Positions 1 through 8,868 of a stretch of DNA of 64,000 bases are shown here, one piece after another. How positions within the stretch are numbered: position 1 is the first letter of the stretch; each line of letters begins with the position of its first letter. The notes below the pieces were generated by a model, which saw nothing but the letters and a program-made list of their open reading frames with translations, was not told the origin of the DNA and made no database searches. This DNA comes from a virus (Duplodnaviria > Heunggongvirae > Uroviricota > Caudoviricetes), in IMG/VR virus record IMGVR_UViG_3300027708_003081. One strand, 5' to 3'. A program made the position numbers and the translations under genes.

Positions 1-110
1 TTTCTTCTTTCCAAAAATTTAAAAAAAGTTTGATAATCACCACCGAAGTATTCTAAAACACTATAATCGCCATCATTAAACCTTTCAACTATATCATCAA
101 TATTTCTCAT
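1..110 (-). CDS. Partial hypothetical protein (MRNIDDIVERFNDGDYSVLEYFGG...), runs off the window start
   Basis: ATG at 110-108 lies just after the same AATATAAAAAATTATG junction that precedes the upstream paralogues; the frame is open to position 1. Confidence 0.6.
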   Translation of the reverse strand, partial: MRNIDDIVERFNDGDYSVLEYFGGDYQTFFKFLERR

Positions 111-121
111 AATTTTTTATA

Positions 122-451
122 TTAAATGTTTTTCCACCTAAAAAAGTCATATGTTTCTCTAAAATCAGGTGTGATTCCCTCCAACTCTAAATGTTGTTCC
201 ACCCAGTCTTTTATAAGTTGTTTAGTTTCATCATAATCTAACGAAAACATATTTGATATATTACGCCAAATTGAGAATGGAACTCTCATCTCACCTGATT
301 TTTCCAATTCTAACATCACCTCATCATCTTTTTTCCAAAATTTAGAGTGCTTATATTTTGCCGATTCAACTTCATACATATCCCCAAATAAGTAATCCAA
401 ATACTTAAACTCTAATTTCCTCATTTGATTCTCTGTTATTAAAATCTTCAT
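122..451 (-). CDS. MKxxITENQ-family paralogue 1, with a C-terminal repeat-spacer-encoded tail
   Basis: ORF track; highly similar to 492-794, 835-1200, 1205-1534 and the N-terminal half of 49628-50431. Confidence 0.85.
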   Translation of the reverse strand: MKILITENQMRKLEFKYLDYLFGDMYEVESAKYKHSKFWKKDDEVMLELEKSGEMRVPFSIWRNISNMFSLDYDETKQLIKDWVEQHLELEGITPDFRETYDFFRWKNI

Positions 452-491
452 AATTTTTATATTAAACGTTGTTCCACCTATAAACGTAAAG

Positions 492-794
492 TTAAATTGG
501 TATTAAGGGTATAATTCCCTCCAATTCTAAATGTTGTTCCACCCATTCCTTTATAAGTTGTTGTACTTCATAAGAATCCAATGAAAACATATTTTTAATA
601 TCTTTCCAAATTCTATTTGAAACATACAACCTACCTGATTTTTCCAATTCTAACAATATCTCCTTATTATCTTTTATAAAATATCTTACATCAGGATATT
701 TTTTTGATTCCACTTCATACATATCCTCAAATAAGTAATCCAAATACTTAAACTCCAATCTTCTCATTTGATTTTCTGTTATTAAAAACTTCAT
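492..794 (-). CDS. MKxxITENQ-family paralogue 2
   Basis: ORF track; its stop codon lies inside the 29-nt spacer. Confidence 0.85.
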   Translation of the reverse strand: MKFLITENQMRRLEFKYLDYLFEDMYEVESKKYPDVRYFIKDNKEILLELEKSGRLYVSNRIWKDIKNMFSLDSYEVQQLIKEWVEQHLELEGIIPLIPI

Positions 795-834
795 AATTTT
801 TATATTAAACGTTGTTCCACCTATAAACGTAAAG

Positions 835-1200
835 TTAAATTGGTATTAAGGGTATAATTCCCACCAACCCTAAACGTTGTTCCATCAAAGTCATGCCAGT
901 CTTGATTAAGCTGTTGGGTGTGACCCCCACCAACCCTAAACGTTGTTCCATCCAGTCTTTTATAAGTTGTTGAGTTTCATAATAATTTAATGAAAACATA
1001 TTGGAAATATCACTCCAAATTGAACGTAAAACCCACAAATCACCTGATTTTTCCAATTCTAACATCACCTCATCATCTTTTTTCCAAAATTTAGAGTGCT
1101 TATATTTTGCCGATTCAACTTCATATATGTCATCAAATAAGTAATTCAAATACTTAAACTCCAATCTTCTCATTTGATTTTCTGTTATAATGTATTTCAT
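835..1200 (-). CDS. MKxxITENQ-family paralogue 3, with two repeat units
   Basis: ORF track; MEQRLGLVG(V/I)(T/I)P occurs twice, 22 aa apart. Confidence 0.85.
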   Translation of the reverse strand: MKYIITENQMRRLEFKYLNYLFDDIYEVESAKYKHSKFWKKDDEVMLELEKSGDLWVLRSIWSDISNMFSLNYYETQQLIKDWMEQRLGLVGVTPNSLIKTGMTLMEQRLGLVGIIPLIPI

Positions 1201-1204
1201 AATT

Positions 1205-1534
1205 TTAAATGTTGTTCCACCACCAGGATAATTTGGGTTCGGCAGGCGGTGGTGTGATTCCCCCCAATTCTAAATGTTGTTCCACCCATTCCTTTATAAG
1301 TTGTTGAGTTTCGCGATTTTCCAAAGAAAACATATTGGAAATATCATTCCAAATTGAATGTAAAACCCATAATCTGTCTAATTTTACCAATTCTAATACA
1401 ACCTTATCACCTTTCTTCCAAAATCTAGAATTAGGATAATGTTTTGACTTAACTTCATACATATCCCCAAATAAGTAATCCAAATACTTAAACTCCAATC
1501 TTCTCATTTGATTTTCTGTTATTAAAAACTTCAT
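1205..1534 (-). CDS. MKxxITENQ-family paralogue 4
   Basis: ORF track; TATTTATA motif just upstream (1539-1546, minus strand). Confidence 0.85.
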   Translation of the reverse strand: MKFLITENQMRRLEFKYLDYLFGDMYEVKSKHYPNSRFWKKGDKVVLELVKLDRLWVLHSIWNDISNMFSLENRETQQLIKEWVEQHLELGGITPPPAEPKLSWWWNNI

Positions 1535-1548
1535 AACATATAAATATA

Positions 1549-1575
1549 AAAAAAGGAGCGTTTTTCGCGCTCCTT
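1549..1575 (-). terminator. Rho-independent terminator
   Basis: Stem AAGGAGCG/CGCTCCTT (1553-1560 and 1568-1575) followed by a T-run on the minus strand. Confidence 0.7.
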
Positions 1576-1596
1576 CACCACATAAGTTTTTAAGTA

Positions 1597-1755
1597 TTAT
1601 TTTTGTGTTTTGTTAACGTTATAATACTTCTCAATTGTTTTTTTAATTGAAGATTTTACGTCCTCACTAATCACCCTATCCTGTTTAGGTGCAGGATTTG
1701 GTTGAGGGGGTGGAGGAGGTGGTGGATTTTGATTGCCTTTGCAGCCACAAGCCAT
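1597..1755 (-). CDS. Small MACGCK-type proline-rich protein, 52 aa (not in the ORF track)
   Basis: Translates as MACGCKGNQNPPPPPPPQPNPAPKQDRVISEDVKSSIKKTIEKYYNVNKTQK*; fills the gap between the endonuclease and the terminator. Confidence 0.75.
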   Translation of the reverse strand: MACGCKGNQNPPPPPPPQPNPAPKQDRVISEDVKSSIKKTIEKYYNVNKTQK

Positions 1756-1772
1756 AGTTTTAAATTTTAATT

Positions 1773-2363
1773 TTAGTTTATTATTTTGAATTTATGTTTG
1801 TAACAAGTTTTACGAATACATTTACTTTTTCCACCACAATTGACTTCTTTACCTCTTAAACTACTTGATAATTTCATTCTAATATTCCTTAAACTTGCTT
1901 TAGTAAATCCATTATCATATAAATAGTTTGCAGCCTCAAATAAAGTTTCAAATATATATTCTCTTTCAGTTTCTATATTTATTAATGCAAATTTTTCAAA
2001 ATTATTATTTTTCTTTAAATTATATTTTGAAAGTTGAATCTTGGTTTTGTCTGTTAATACATTTCTTCTACTATTACTAACAAGACATAAATTATATCCA
2101 AATTTCATATCGTTAGTTTTATTTTCTATAATATAATAATTTTCTTTTTCAACTAAATCTTTTTTATCGCACATTTCTATAATATCAAAAATAAAATTTT
2201 CTTTACCATCTCTATCATAAGAACTCTGAAGGAATTTATTATCGTGAATTTTTTTTTGTAACATCCAAAAATGTTTTTCTTTTCTTTTTTTAATATTCAC
2301 AGAACTTCCTATGTATATTTTATTATTTTTGGTGTTAGTTATTTTATATATTCCGCATCCCAT
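1773..2363 (-). mobile_element. Free-standing GIY-YIG homing endonuclease
   Basis: N-terminal GIYKITN...KIYIGSS motif followed by R...H, typical of phage Seg-like enzymes. Confidence 0.85.
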
Positions 2364-2426
2364 AATAATAAATATAGTACATTTGCAATTATATCAGGAT
2401 AAAACTATTTATTAAATAAAAAGAAT

Positions 2427-4199
2427 ATGAAATTTTCTAAAATTTTAATTGAAGGTAGAGTTGATGACTTTAAAACCAAATATACACAGAAGTATGGGGC
2501 ACAGAATGTAGAGAGAATTGTTAATATGGTAACACCCAAGTATTTGGAGTGGGTTGGTAGAAACTTTGATGCAGTTAATTTTGATGAGAATTACGGAAAA
2601 TTGGTTGCGGCATTAAATAATTTTGATAAAATCTCACATAACTTACCACAAACAGATATTAACCAGTATAAGAGTTTAGAACAACTTACAAGTGCAATAG
2701 AACAATATAATAACACAACAAGAAGAGAAGTTGAGAAACACGAAGGTGGTAATGTTGTTTTTAATGATAATAGATTTTATGTGGTTAACCCATTAACTCA
2801 CGAAGCGTCCTGTTATTATGGTAGAGGAACAAAGTGGTGTACGTCAGCAACAGGAGACGAACATTTTAGAAGATATAATACAGAAGGTAAGTTATTTTAT
2901 ATTATAGATAAGACAAAACAGAGTTCAGACCCATTTTATAAAATCGCCATCCTCAGAAATTTTGATGGGTCGGAGAGTTTTTGGGATGCAAAAGATGATT
3001 CCATACCACAAATATGGGGAATAATAGGGAAAGACGAATTTGATAAAGTTAGTGAAAGTATCAATCAATATTTGGAACAAGAGTTTGCTGAACAATTAAA
3101 AATATTCAGAGATAAGGAATTGGCAAAAAAAGAAAGAGAAAGGTTAGCAAGAATAGAATCCCAAAGAATATTAGACAGAAAAACCGCAGAGGCGAATGAA
3201 AGAAGATTAGATGGTGAGTGGGAACTGGGTCCTGATTGTCCTGATTTGGGATTAAAGGCACACGCTTTATTAGATTGGTTGGTTGATACAAGTGATGTTA
3301 GTGCTTTGACTAATGAAGATAGAATTGAAATACAAAGATTGAAAGATGAAATTGAAAGATTAAATGCCGAGTATGATGCCGGAGAAGACGCAGATACAGA
3401 TTTATTAGATGAAATAAGTGATTTGGAAGATGAATTAACAGAATTGGAAGAAAAGATAGATGTATATAACATTATTCCTGTTGGTGGACACTATGATTTA
3501 CAAAGTTTTGAAGTTATAAATAGTGCAGATTTAGATGGTAGAGAATATGCGGTTGGAGATGAAGATGAAATAAAAAGTAGTTGTTATGATTATGTTGAGA
3601 GTCTTATAGATGATATTGGTTACGAAGGATTCTCTAAAGGATTTGCAGAGGATTATATTAGTCAAGAACAAGTTAAGGACTTTGCATATGACTTTTATTA
3701 TGATGATGTTAGAAACAGTCCTGAAAGTTATTTTGATGAAAACCAAAGAGAATTATCAAGAGAACAAGAAGATAGAATTTTACAATACAATACAAGAAAA
3801 GAGAGAATTGGAATTATGATAAGTTCTCTTGAAGGTAGAATGTCTGATATGGAAGATGAGGATGAAATTAGCGAGTTAGAAGACAAGGTTAGTGAATTAA
3901 ATGATGAATTAGATGAGATAGATACTGAAATTGAAGATATTGAAAATGACCCAGAGGGTGAATATCCTGATGATTTAATAGAAGATAAAGCGGAAGAATT
4001 GGCAAAAGATGCGGCATACGACCCGATGGATTGGTTAAGAGAAATGGGTTTAGATATAGATAATTTTATTGATAAACGTGAGTTTATTGAAGGAGTTATT
4101 GACGCTGATGGTTACGGACACACATTAAGTAGTTATGATGGAAATGCTGATGAAGTTACAGTTGAAGGAACAACATATTGGATTATCAGGTTAAATTAA
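2427..4199 (+). CDS. Hypothetical phage protein with a YGRGTKWCTS motif and an acidic coiled-coil C-terminal half
   Basis: 590-aa ORF; ASCYYGRGTKWCT and LFYIIDK motifs; Asp/Glu-rich tail. Confidence 0.8.
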   Translation: MKFSKILIEGRVDDFKTKYTQKYGAQNVERIVNMVTPKYLEWVGRNFDAVNFDENYGKLVAALNNFDKISHNLPQTDINQYKSLEQLTSAIEQYNNTTRREVEKHEGGNVVFNDNRFYVVNPLTHEASCYYGRGTKWCTSATGDEHFRRYNTEGKLFYIIDKTKQSSDPFYKIAILRNFDGSESFWDAKDDSIPQIWGIIGKDEFDKVSESINQYLEQEFAEQLKIFRDKELAKKERERLARIESQRILDRKTAEANERRLDGEWELGPDCPDLGLKAHALLDWLVDTSDVSALTNEDRIEIQRLKDEIERLNAEYDAGEDADTDLLDEISDLEDELTELEEKIDVYNIIPVGGHYDLQSFEVINSADLDGREYAVGDEDEIKSSCYDYVESLIDDIGYEGFSKGFAEDYISQEQVKDFAYDFYYDDVRNSPESYFDENQRELSREQEDRILQYNTRKERIGIMISSLEGRMSDMEDEDEISELEDKVSELNDELDEIDTEIEDIENDPEGEYPDDLIEDKAEELAKDAAYDPMDWLREMGLDIDNFIDKREFIEGVIDADGYGHTLSSYDGNADEVTVEGTTYWIIRLN

Positions 4200-4235
4200 T
4201 ATTCACCATCATAGAAATATGTATTATATTTTGTT

Positions 4236-4985
4236 ATGGCAAGGAAAAAGAAAATATCATTTAAGCTCAATCCAGAATGGATGTTCAAAGAACCAATAGA
4301 TTTTGAATATAACAAATATACTCTGTTAGATTACCTTAAAAAATGCGGAACAAACTTTGATAGTTTCAGGATTTATCCTGATTTTGTTGAATTATCACTT
4401 CATATTGCAAATACGCAGTCCCTTATTAGAGAGAATATACTTTTATTAACAGACAAGAAGTTTGAGGCTTGTGATGATGAAATCCTCCTCAAAGAGTTGT
4501 ACCCCAAAAAACCAAGAGACATAAGTGATGAAGAGAAACCAGAGTTAGAAAAAACTTTAAGGTATTCAAACACAAAATTATTTGATGCATTTAATATTGC
4601 TAAATCAATATGGACTGTCGCCTATGATAATGTTATACTCTCATTAAAAAAGAATAAAGATAATGCGGTTGTTGGTTCAGGGTTTGTTGTTTTATTTAAT
4701 AAGTTTGAGAATAAGATTATTGTTTGGGAATACCAAATGAAAAAACCAAAGAAGGGAGAATTAAATTATAAGCCACAACTTAAAAAGATATACGAGGGAG
4801 ATGAAAATGAAGAAACCCTCACCTCAATTATTGAAACAAAATCAACTTGGAAAGAAGTTGAATTCCTTAAAAGATTACCGGTGTTTGAAGTTAAATTAAC
4901 ACAGGAACTTCCGTTGGAGGAGACAATCATCCCCATTCTTAAAAGAAAACTCCTTACATACGTTTTTAGTACCGCAAAAGTTTGA
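4236..4985 (+). CDS. Hypothetical protein
   Basis: 249-aa ORF with typical codon usage. Confidence 0.75.
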   Translation: MARKKKISFKLNPEWMFKEPIDFEYNKYTLLDYLKKCGTNFDSFRIYPDFVELSLHIANTQSLIRENILLLTDKKFEACDDEILLKELYPKKPRDISDEEKPELEKTLRYSNTKLFDAFNIAKSIWTVAYDNVILSLKKNKDNAVVGSGFVVLFNKFENKIIVWEYQMKKPKKGELNYKPQLKKIYEGDENEETLTSIIETKSTWKEVEFLKRLPVFEVKLTQELPLEETIIPILKRKLLTYVFSTAKV

Positions 4986-5015
4986 CTATAATTTTTATTT
5001 TTCCTAAATTTTGGT

Positions 5016-5228
5016 ATGGGATTTAATAAAGTAATTGTAGATGAAAAAATACTAATGAAGTATTTTGAAAAGAATAAACCTTTGAAGATGTTATTCAAAG
5101 CGGAGGCATTTATCTTTATGGATAAGATAAGCTCGGAGGCGTATGATTTATATACAAAAGGAATGTCTGATGAAGAAATAAAATTAACAATTAAAAACAT
5201 ACAAAATGAAGTGTCTAAAAGCAATTAA
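5016..5228 (+). CDS. Hypothetical protein
   Basis: 70-aa ORF, co-directional and tightly packed. Confidence 0.65.
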   Translation: MGFNKVIVDEKILMKYFEKNKPLKMLFKAEAFIFMDKISSEAYDLYTKGMSDEEIKLTIKNIQNEVSKSN

Positions 5229-5436
5229 GCCAACAAAGAATGTTGAGGTGGGTAAAGTCATTAGAATTGACGATAAAGAAGCCGATTTGAAAGTAAAGGA
5301 CGGGTATTGGAAATATGTATCCAAAACTGAATGGAAAAAATCAAAAGGTATTGAAAAATCTACAGAAGAAGTATCTGAACCACAAGAAACAAAAGTAGAG
5401 AATAAGAAATCTAAAAAGAATGCAAAAAATAATTAA
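5206..5436 (+). CDS. Small Lys-rich hypothetical protein
   Basis: 76-aa ORF overlapping the previous gene. Confidence 0.65.
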   Translation: MKCLKAIKPTKNVEVGKVIRIDDKEADLKVKDGYWKYVSKTEWKKSKGIEKSTEEVSEPQETKVENKKSKKNAKNN

Positions 5437-5537
5437 AAAATTAGACTGGATTTGGGATTATTATTTTGTATATTTTTTATACAACGGAAACAAGTTGGAT
5501 AGATATTACGAGTATATGAATAAAAAATGGAATAAAA

Positions 5538-5762
5538 ATGGAAAATAAAGAAATGGTTAATCACCCGAATCATTATGGGGGAGCCGACAACGCATATGAA
5601 GCGATTAAGATTATTGAAGCCCTTGAATTGGACTTCCACACAGGGAACGCACTCAAGTATCTTGTAAGGGCGGGAAAAAAAGACCCCGAAAAAGAACTTG
5701 AAGATTTAAAGAAAGCCGCTTGGTATCTCTACCGAAAAATAAAAAATATAGAAACTACGTAA
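5538..5762 (+). CDS. DUF3310 (SaV-like) phage protein
   Basis: VNHPNHYG...EAIKII...FHTGNALKYLVRAGKK...EDLKKAAWYL signature. Confidence 0.9.
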   Translation: MENKEMVNHPNHYGGADNAYEAIKIIEALELDFHTGNALKYLVRAGKKDPEKELEDLKKAAWYLYRKIKNIETT

Positions 5763-6616
5763 TGATAGAGACAAACAAAATAATAAATGGTAACTGTATT
5801 GATGTGATGAAAAATATGCCCGAAGGATGTATTGATTTAGTTGTCACGTCGCCTCCCTATGGTGTTGGAATCAAATATGACGTTCACGATGATGATATGG
5901 AATTCACCGAGTATCAGGAGTTCAGTAAAGACTGGCTCACACAAGCATACAGGATTCTTAAAGATGATGGTAGAATTGCTGTTAACATTCCGTATGAAAT
6001 TAACAGACAGGCGAAGGGTGGAAGAATCTTTATGGTTGCTGAAGTGTGGAAGATAATGCAAGAAATTGGTTTTGGTTTTTTTGGTATAATTGATTTAGAA
6101 GAAGATAGTCCCCACAGAAGTAAAACCACGGCTTGGGGTTCTTGGATGAGTCCGTCCAGCCCTTATGTGTATAACCCAAAAGAATGTGTTATTCTTGCTT
6201 ACAAGAAACAACATATTAAGAAAGTTAAGGGCGTCCCGCAGTGGGTCGGTGTTCCTACGGATATTGAAATGGAAGATGGAACAACCAAGAAAAAGATTGT
6301 TTATCAAGATGATGATAAAAAAGATTTTATGGAACTTGTATTCGGGCAGTGGAAGTATCTTAACGACAGTCGTCCTATGACGAAGGCAACATTTTCTATG
6401 GATATTCCAACCAAAGCAATTAAGATTCTTACTTATAAAGATGATATTGTCCTTGACCCGTTCTGTGGTAGTGGTACAAGTTGTGTTGCGGCAGAAATAT
6501 TAGATAGACGATGGTTGGGGATAGAATTAAGTGAAAACTATGCAAAAGTTGCAAGAGACAGGGTTCAGTTATTCATAGAGAAGAAAAAACAATTAGAAAT
6601 AGAAGGGTTAGTTTAA
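5762..6616 (+). CDS. Orphan N4-cytosine/N6-adenine DNA methyltransferase (beta class)
   Basis: Motif IV VTSPPY precedes motif I VLDPFCGSGT; the start is refined to the ATG overlapping the DUF3310 stop; no cognate restriction enzyme nearby. Confidence 0.9.
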   Translation: MIETNKIINGNCIDVMKNMPEGCIDLVVTSPPYGVGIKYDVHDDDMEFTEYQEFSKDWLTQAYRILKDDGRIAVNIPYEINRQAKGGRIFMVAEVWKIMQEIGFGFFGIIDLEEDSPHRSKTTAWGSWMSPSSPYVYNPKECVILAYKKQHIKKVKGVPQWVGVPTDIEMEDGTTKKKIVYQDDDKKDFMELVFGQWKYLNDSRPMTKATFSMDIPTKAIKILTYKDDIVLDPFCGSGTSCVAAEILDRRWLGIELSENYAKVARDRVQLFIEKKKQLEIEGLV

Positions 6617-6625
6617 CCCTTTTTT
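6603..6625 (+). terminator. Rho-independent terminator
   Basis: AAGGGTTA-GTT-TAACCCTT followed by a T-run. Confidence 0.65.
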
Positions 6626-6657
6626 CTTTTCTTTAATATTTATAAGAAAATGTTTTA

Positions 6658-7629
6658 ATGGCAACAATTCTAATAACAGAAAAACAATATTTGAATTTAG
6701 TAGATTTTGAAAAAGATATTATAAAGGAGGACTTTATTGAAAACGCACTTATGGTTGCGGGATTTGTTCCTGTGATTGGTGAAGTGGCAGATATTATATT
6801 GATATTGAGATATTTGTGGAAAGGAGAATATTTGTACGCAGGTTTAATGTTAATTGCTTTGATTCCTACTGTTGGTGATATCATCGCAAAACCAATAATA
6901 AGATTATTAAAAGGTGCTGGAATTGCAGGGAGAGGGGCGATGACTTCAACTAAAGCTTTGGCAAAATATTGTGCAGAACATCCTGATTTTGCTGCGAGAT
7001 ATGCAAAAATAGGAGGACATTTGACAGACCCACTAATTACTAAAACAATTAATGGTATTGAGAGAATACCAGGGATAGGTGAGAAAGCCGCTAATGGATT
7101 GAGAAAATCTATATCGGGACATCTTTCAGTTGTAAACAAATTAAAACCTATACAAGCGGCTAAGGCGGTTGGTAGAGAAGTTGCTGCTGGTGGTAAACTT
7201 AGTACAGGTCTTAAAAATTTCTTTAGGGATGAAAAGTTAGCTCAATATATTGCTAAAAAAGGTCAAGCACCAAGTAATTGGTTATCTAATTGGTGGAATG
7301 TTGTGATGCCGGCAAGAAGAGGACGTAGAAATATGGTAAAAAACTTTGTATTATCAAATAAATTATTAGATAAATTTGGTTTACCAAGTTTTGAAGCATT
7401 TGAAGATAAATTCAAAGAAGATGAAAATTTTAGAAAAGAATTGGCCAACGACCCGCAATTCTCACAAGTTGTTAATCAAACAACATCTCAAGATGATTTA
7501 AATCAAATTGAAGGAACCGGAACTGAATCAGACCAAACTGTAAGTGCTGGAACAACTCAAACATCAACACCGTCAATAGACCCATTCCAAGGATTGGTTA
7601 AAGGTTTATTATCTGGACAATTAGCTTAA
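6658..7629 (+). CDS. ILITExQ-leader protein with a pre-toxin TG (PT-TG)-like hydrophobic segment
   Basis: LMVAGFVPVIGEVADI...LIALIPTVGDIIAK resembles PT-TG helical-hairpin motifs; the C-terminus is unassigned. Confidence 0.55.
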   Translation: MATILITEKQYLNLVDFEKDIIKEDFIENALMVAGFVPVIGEVADIILILRYLWKGEYLYAGLMLIALIPTVGDIIAKPIIRLLKGAGIAGRGAMTSTKALAKYCAEHPDFAARYAKIGGHLTDPLITKTINGIERIPGIGEKAANGLRKSISGHLSVVNKLKPIQAAKAVGREVAAGGKLSTGLKNFFRDEKLAQYIAKKGQAPSNWLSNWWNVVMPARRGRRNMVKNFVLSNKLLDKFGLPSFEAFEDKFKEDENFRKELANDPQFSQVVNQTTSQDDLNQIEGTGTESDQTVSAGTTQTSTPSIDPFQGLVKGLLSGQLA

Positions 7630-7654
7630 TTGATATATTTATAATAAAATAATT

Positions 7655-8026
7655 ATGAAAGAAGAATTAACATTAAAACTCATTCAGATACAAACTCAAT
7701 TTAAGTTTTTGCATTGGCAAACATTTGGAGATGCTAAACATAAAGCATATGGTGAAATATATGATTTGTTAGGGGATAATATTGATACATTTGTTGAAGT
7801 TATGATGGGAAAACAAGGAAGAGTTGAGTTTGACCCAGAGTTCTCAATTATGTTTCAAGATATCAAAAATTTAAGTGTTCAAAACTTTTTGGATGGTATA
7901 ACAGAATTTTTGGTAGGAATGACGGAGCAGTTAGATAAAAAATATGATACTGATTTGTTAAACATTAGAGATGAAATGTTGGGAGACATTAATCAATTAA
8001 AATACAGATTAACTTTAAAATACTAA
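7655..8026 (+). CDS. Ferritin/Dps-like four-helix protein (DUF5856-like)
   Basis: LHWQT...HKAYGEIYD.L...D.FVE...IRDEM pattern. Confidence 0.75.
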   Translation: MKEELTLKLIQIQTQFKFLHWQTFGDAKHKAYGEIYDLLGDNIDTFVEVMMGKQGRVEFDPEFSIMFQDIKNLSVQNFLDGITEFLVGMTEQLDKKYDTDLLNIRDEMLGDINQLKYRLTLKY

Positions 8027-8031
8027 TATAA

Positions 8032-8379
8032 TTAAAAAATATATTCAACAGAATCTCCAGGTTTAATACCCAACCTTTCACAAGTACCACCACCCAATTC
8101 AAGAACAATATTTCCTTTACCAACATAAGAGTCACAGTCCTCCGTTTCACACGGGGGACATTTGTGATGAATTTTAGTTATCTTATTATTTTTAATCATT
8201 ATAATATCTAAATCTATCACACAATTCTTCATCCAAAAAGATTGAGACTGACCACCCATTAAAAATAGAAGTCCGTCAAAACCATTATCAAATTTCTTTC
8301 CCATCATACCTTTAGCTTGAGAAAATTTATCTGTAAGAGTTTTGACTTTGAAGATATTTTTGTTAACTTTAACTTTCAT
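8032..8379 (-). CDS. DUF192 (UPF0127) family protein
   Basis: KGMMG...GLLF...SFWMKNC.IDLDIIMI...VLELGGG. Confidence 0.85.
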   Translation of the reverse strand: MKVKVNKNIFKVKTLTDKFSQAKGMMGKKFDNGFDGLLFLMGGQSQSFWMKNCVIDLDIIMIKNNKITKIHHKCPPCETEDCDSYVGKGNIVLELGGGTCERLGIKPGDSVEYIF

Positions 8380-8392
8380 AATATATAAATAT

Positions 8393-8815
8393 ATGGATAC
8401 TAAAACATACGTAGGTGTCGTAGTTAAATGTAAAGATAAAGTTCTTCTTTGTAAAAGAAATGCTCAAGGTTCATTTCCTGGAATGTGGTCCATTCCCGCA
8501 GGGAAGGTTGAAGATGGTGAAGAAACGATGGATGCGGCAAAAAGAGAATTCTTTGAAGAAACGGCAATTGATATTGATAACAAGGAGTTAACATTTGTCG
8601 GTTTAATTCCAAGACATACAAGAGATGGAAAGAAGATTAAAGGAATGATGTATGTGTATCAATATGATGTTGAAGATGAAATTTACCCTGATTTGGATAA
8701 CGCAATTGATGGTTCTGAACACACGGAATGTGGATATTTTACTACAAATCAAGTGTCGCAAGAGAACTCGGGAGAGTATTTACATAAACTAATTCAAATT
8801 ATTTTAAAAAAATAG
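8393..8815 (+). CDS. NUDIX hydrolase
   Basis: Nudix box GKVEDGEETMDAAKREFFEET; start refined to the ATG at 8393. Confidence 0.9.
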   Translation: MDTKTYVGVVVKCKDKVLLCKRNAQGSFPGMWSIPAGKVEDGEETMDAAKREFFEETAIDIDNKELTFVGLIPRHTRDGKKIKGMMYVYQYDVEDEIYPDLDNAIDGSEHTECGYFTTNQVSQENSGEYLHKLIQIILKK

Positions 8816-8868
8816 TTGACAGTTTAAAATAAAAATTATATCTTTATAAAAATTTAAAAAAAACAATT

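Larger units (their letters stand above)
124..1286 (-). CRISPR. Dispersed CRISPR-like mini-arrays in the 3' ends of four paralogous genes (36-nt repeat, 29-30-nt spacer, 15-nt partial repeat)
   Basis: Full repeats, consensus GGTGGAACAACATTTAGARTTGGAGGGAATCACACC, at 168-203, 508-543, 851-886, 917-952 and 1251-1286. Spacers at 139-167, 479-507, 822-850, 887-916 and 1222-1250. Partial repeats at 124-138, 464-478, 807-821 and 1207-1221. No cas genes in the window. Confidence 0.55.

Noticed and set aside
124-1286. Diversity-generating retroelement as the source of the variable tails
   Set aside because: The spacers differ at all four bases, not only at adenines, and cannot be aligned to each other. 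No template repeat or reverse transcriptase is visible in the window.
3065-3819. Antisense and alternate-frame ORFs within 2427-4199 (and similar ones within other genes)
   Set aside because: They are Ser/Leu/Phe-rich mirror translations of Glu/Asp/Lys-rich genes and have no independent start signals.
5762-6616. Complete restriction-modification system
   Set aside because: No adjacent restriction endonuclease; an orphan protective methyltransferase is ordinary for phages.
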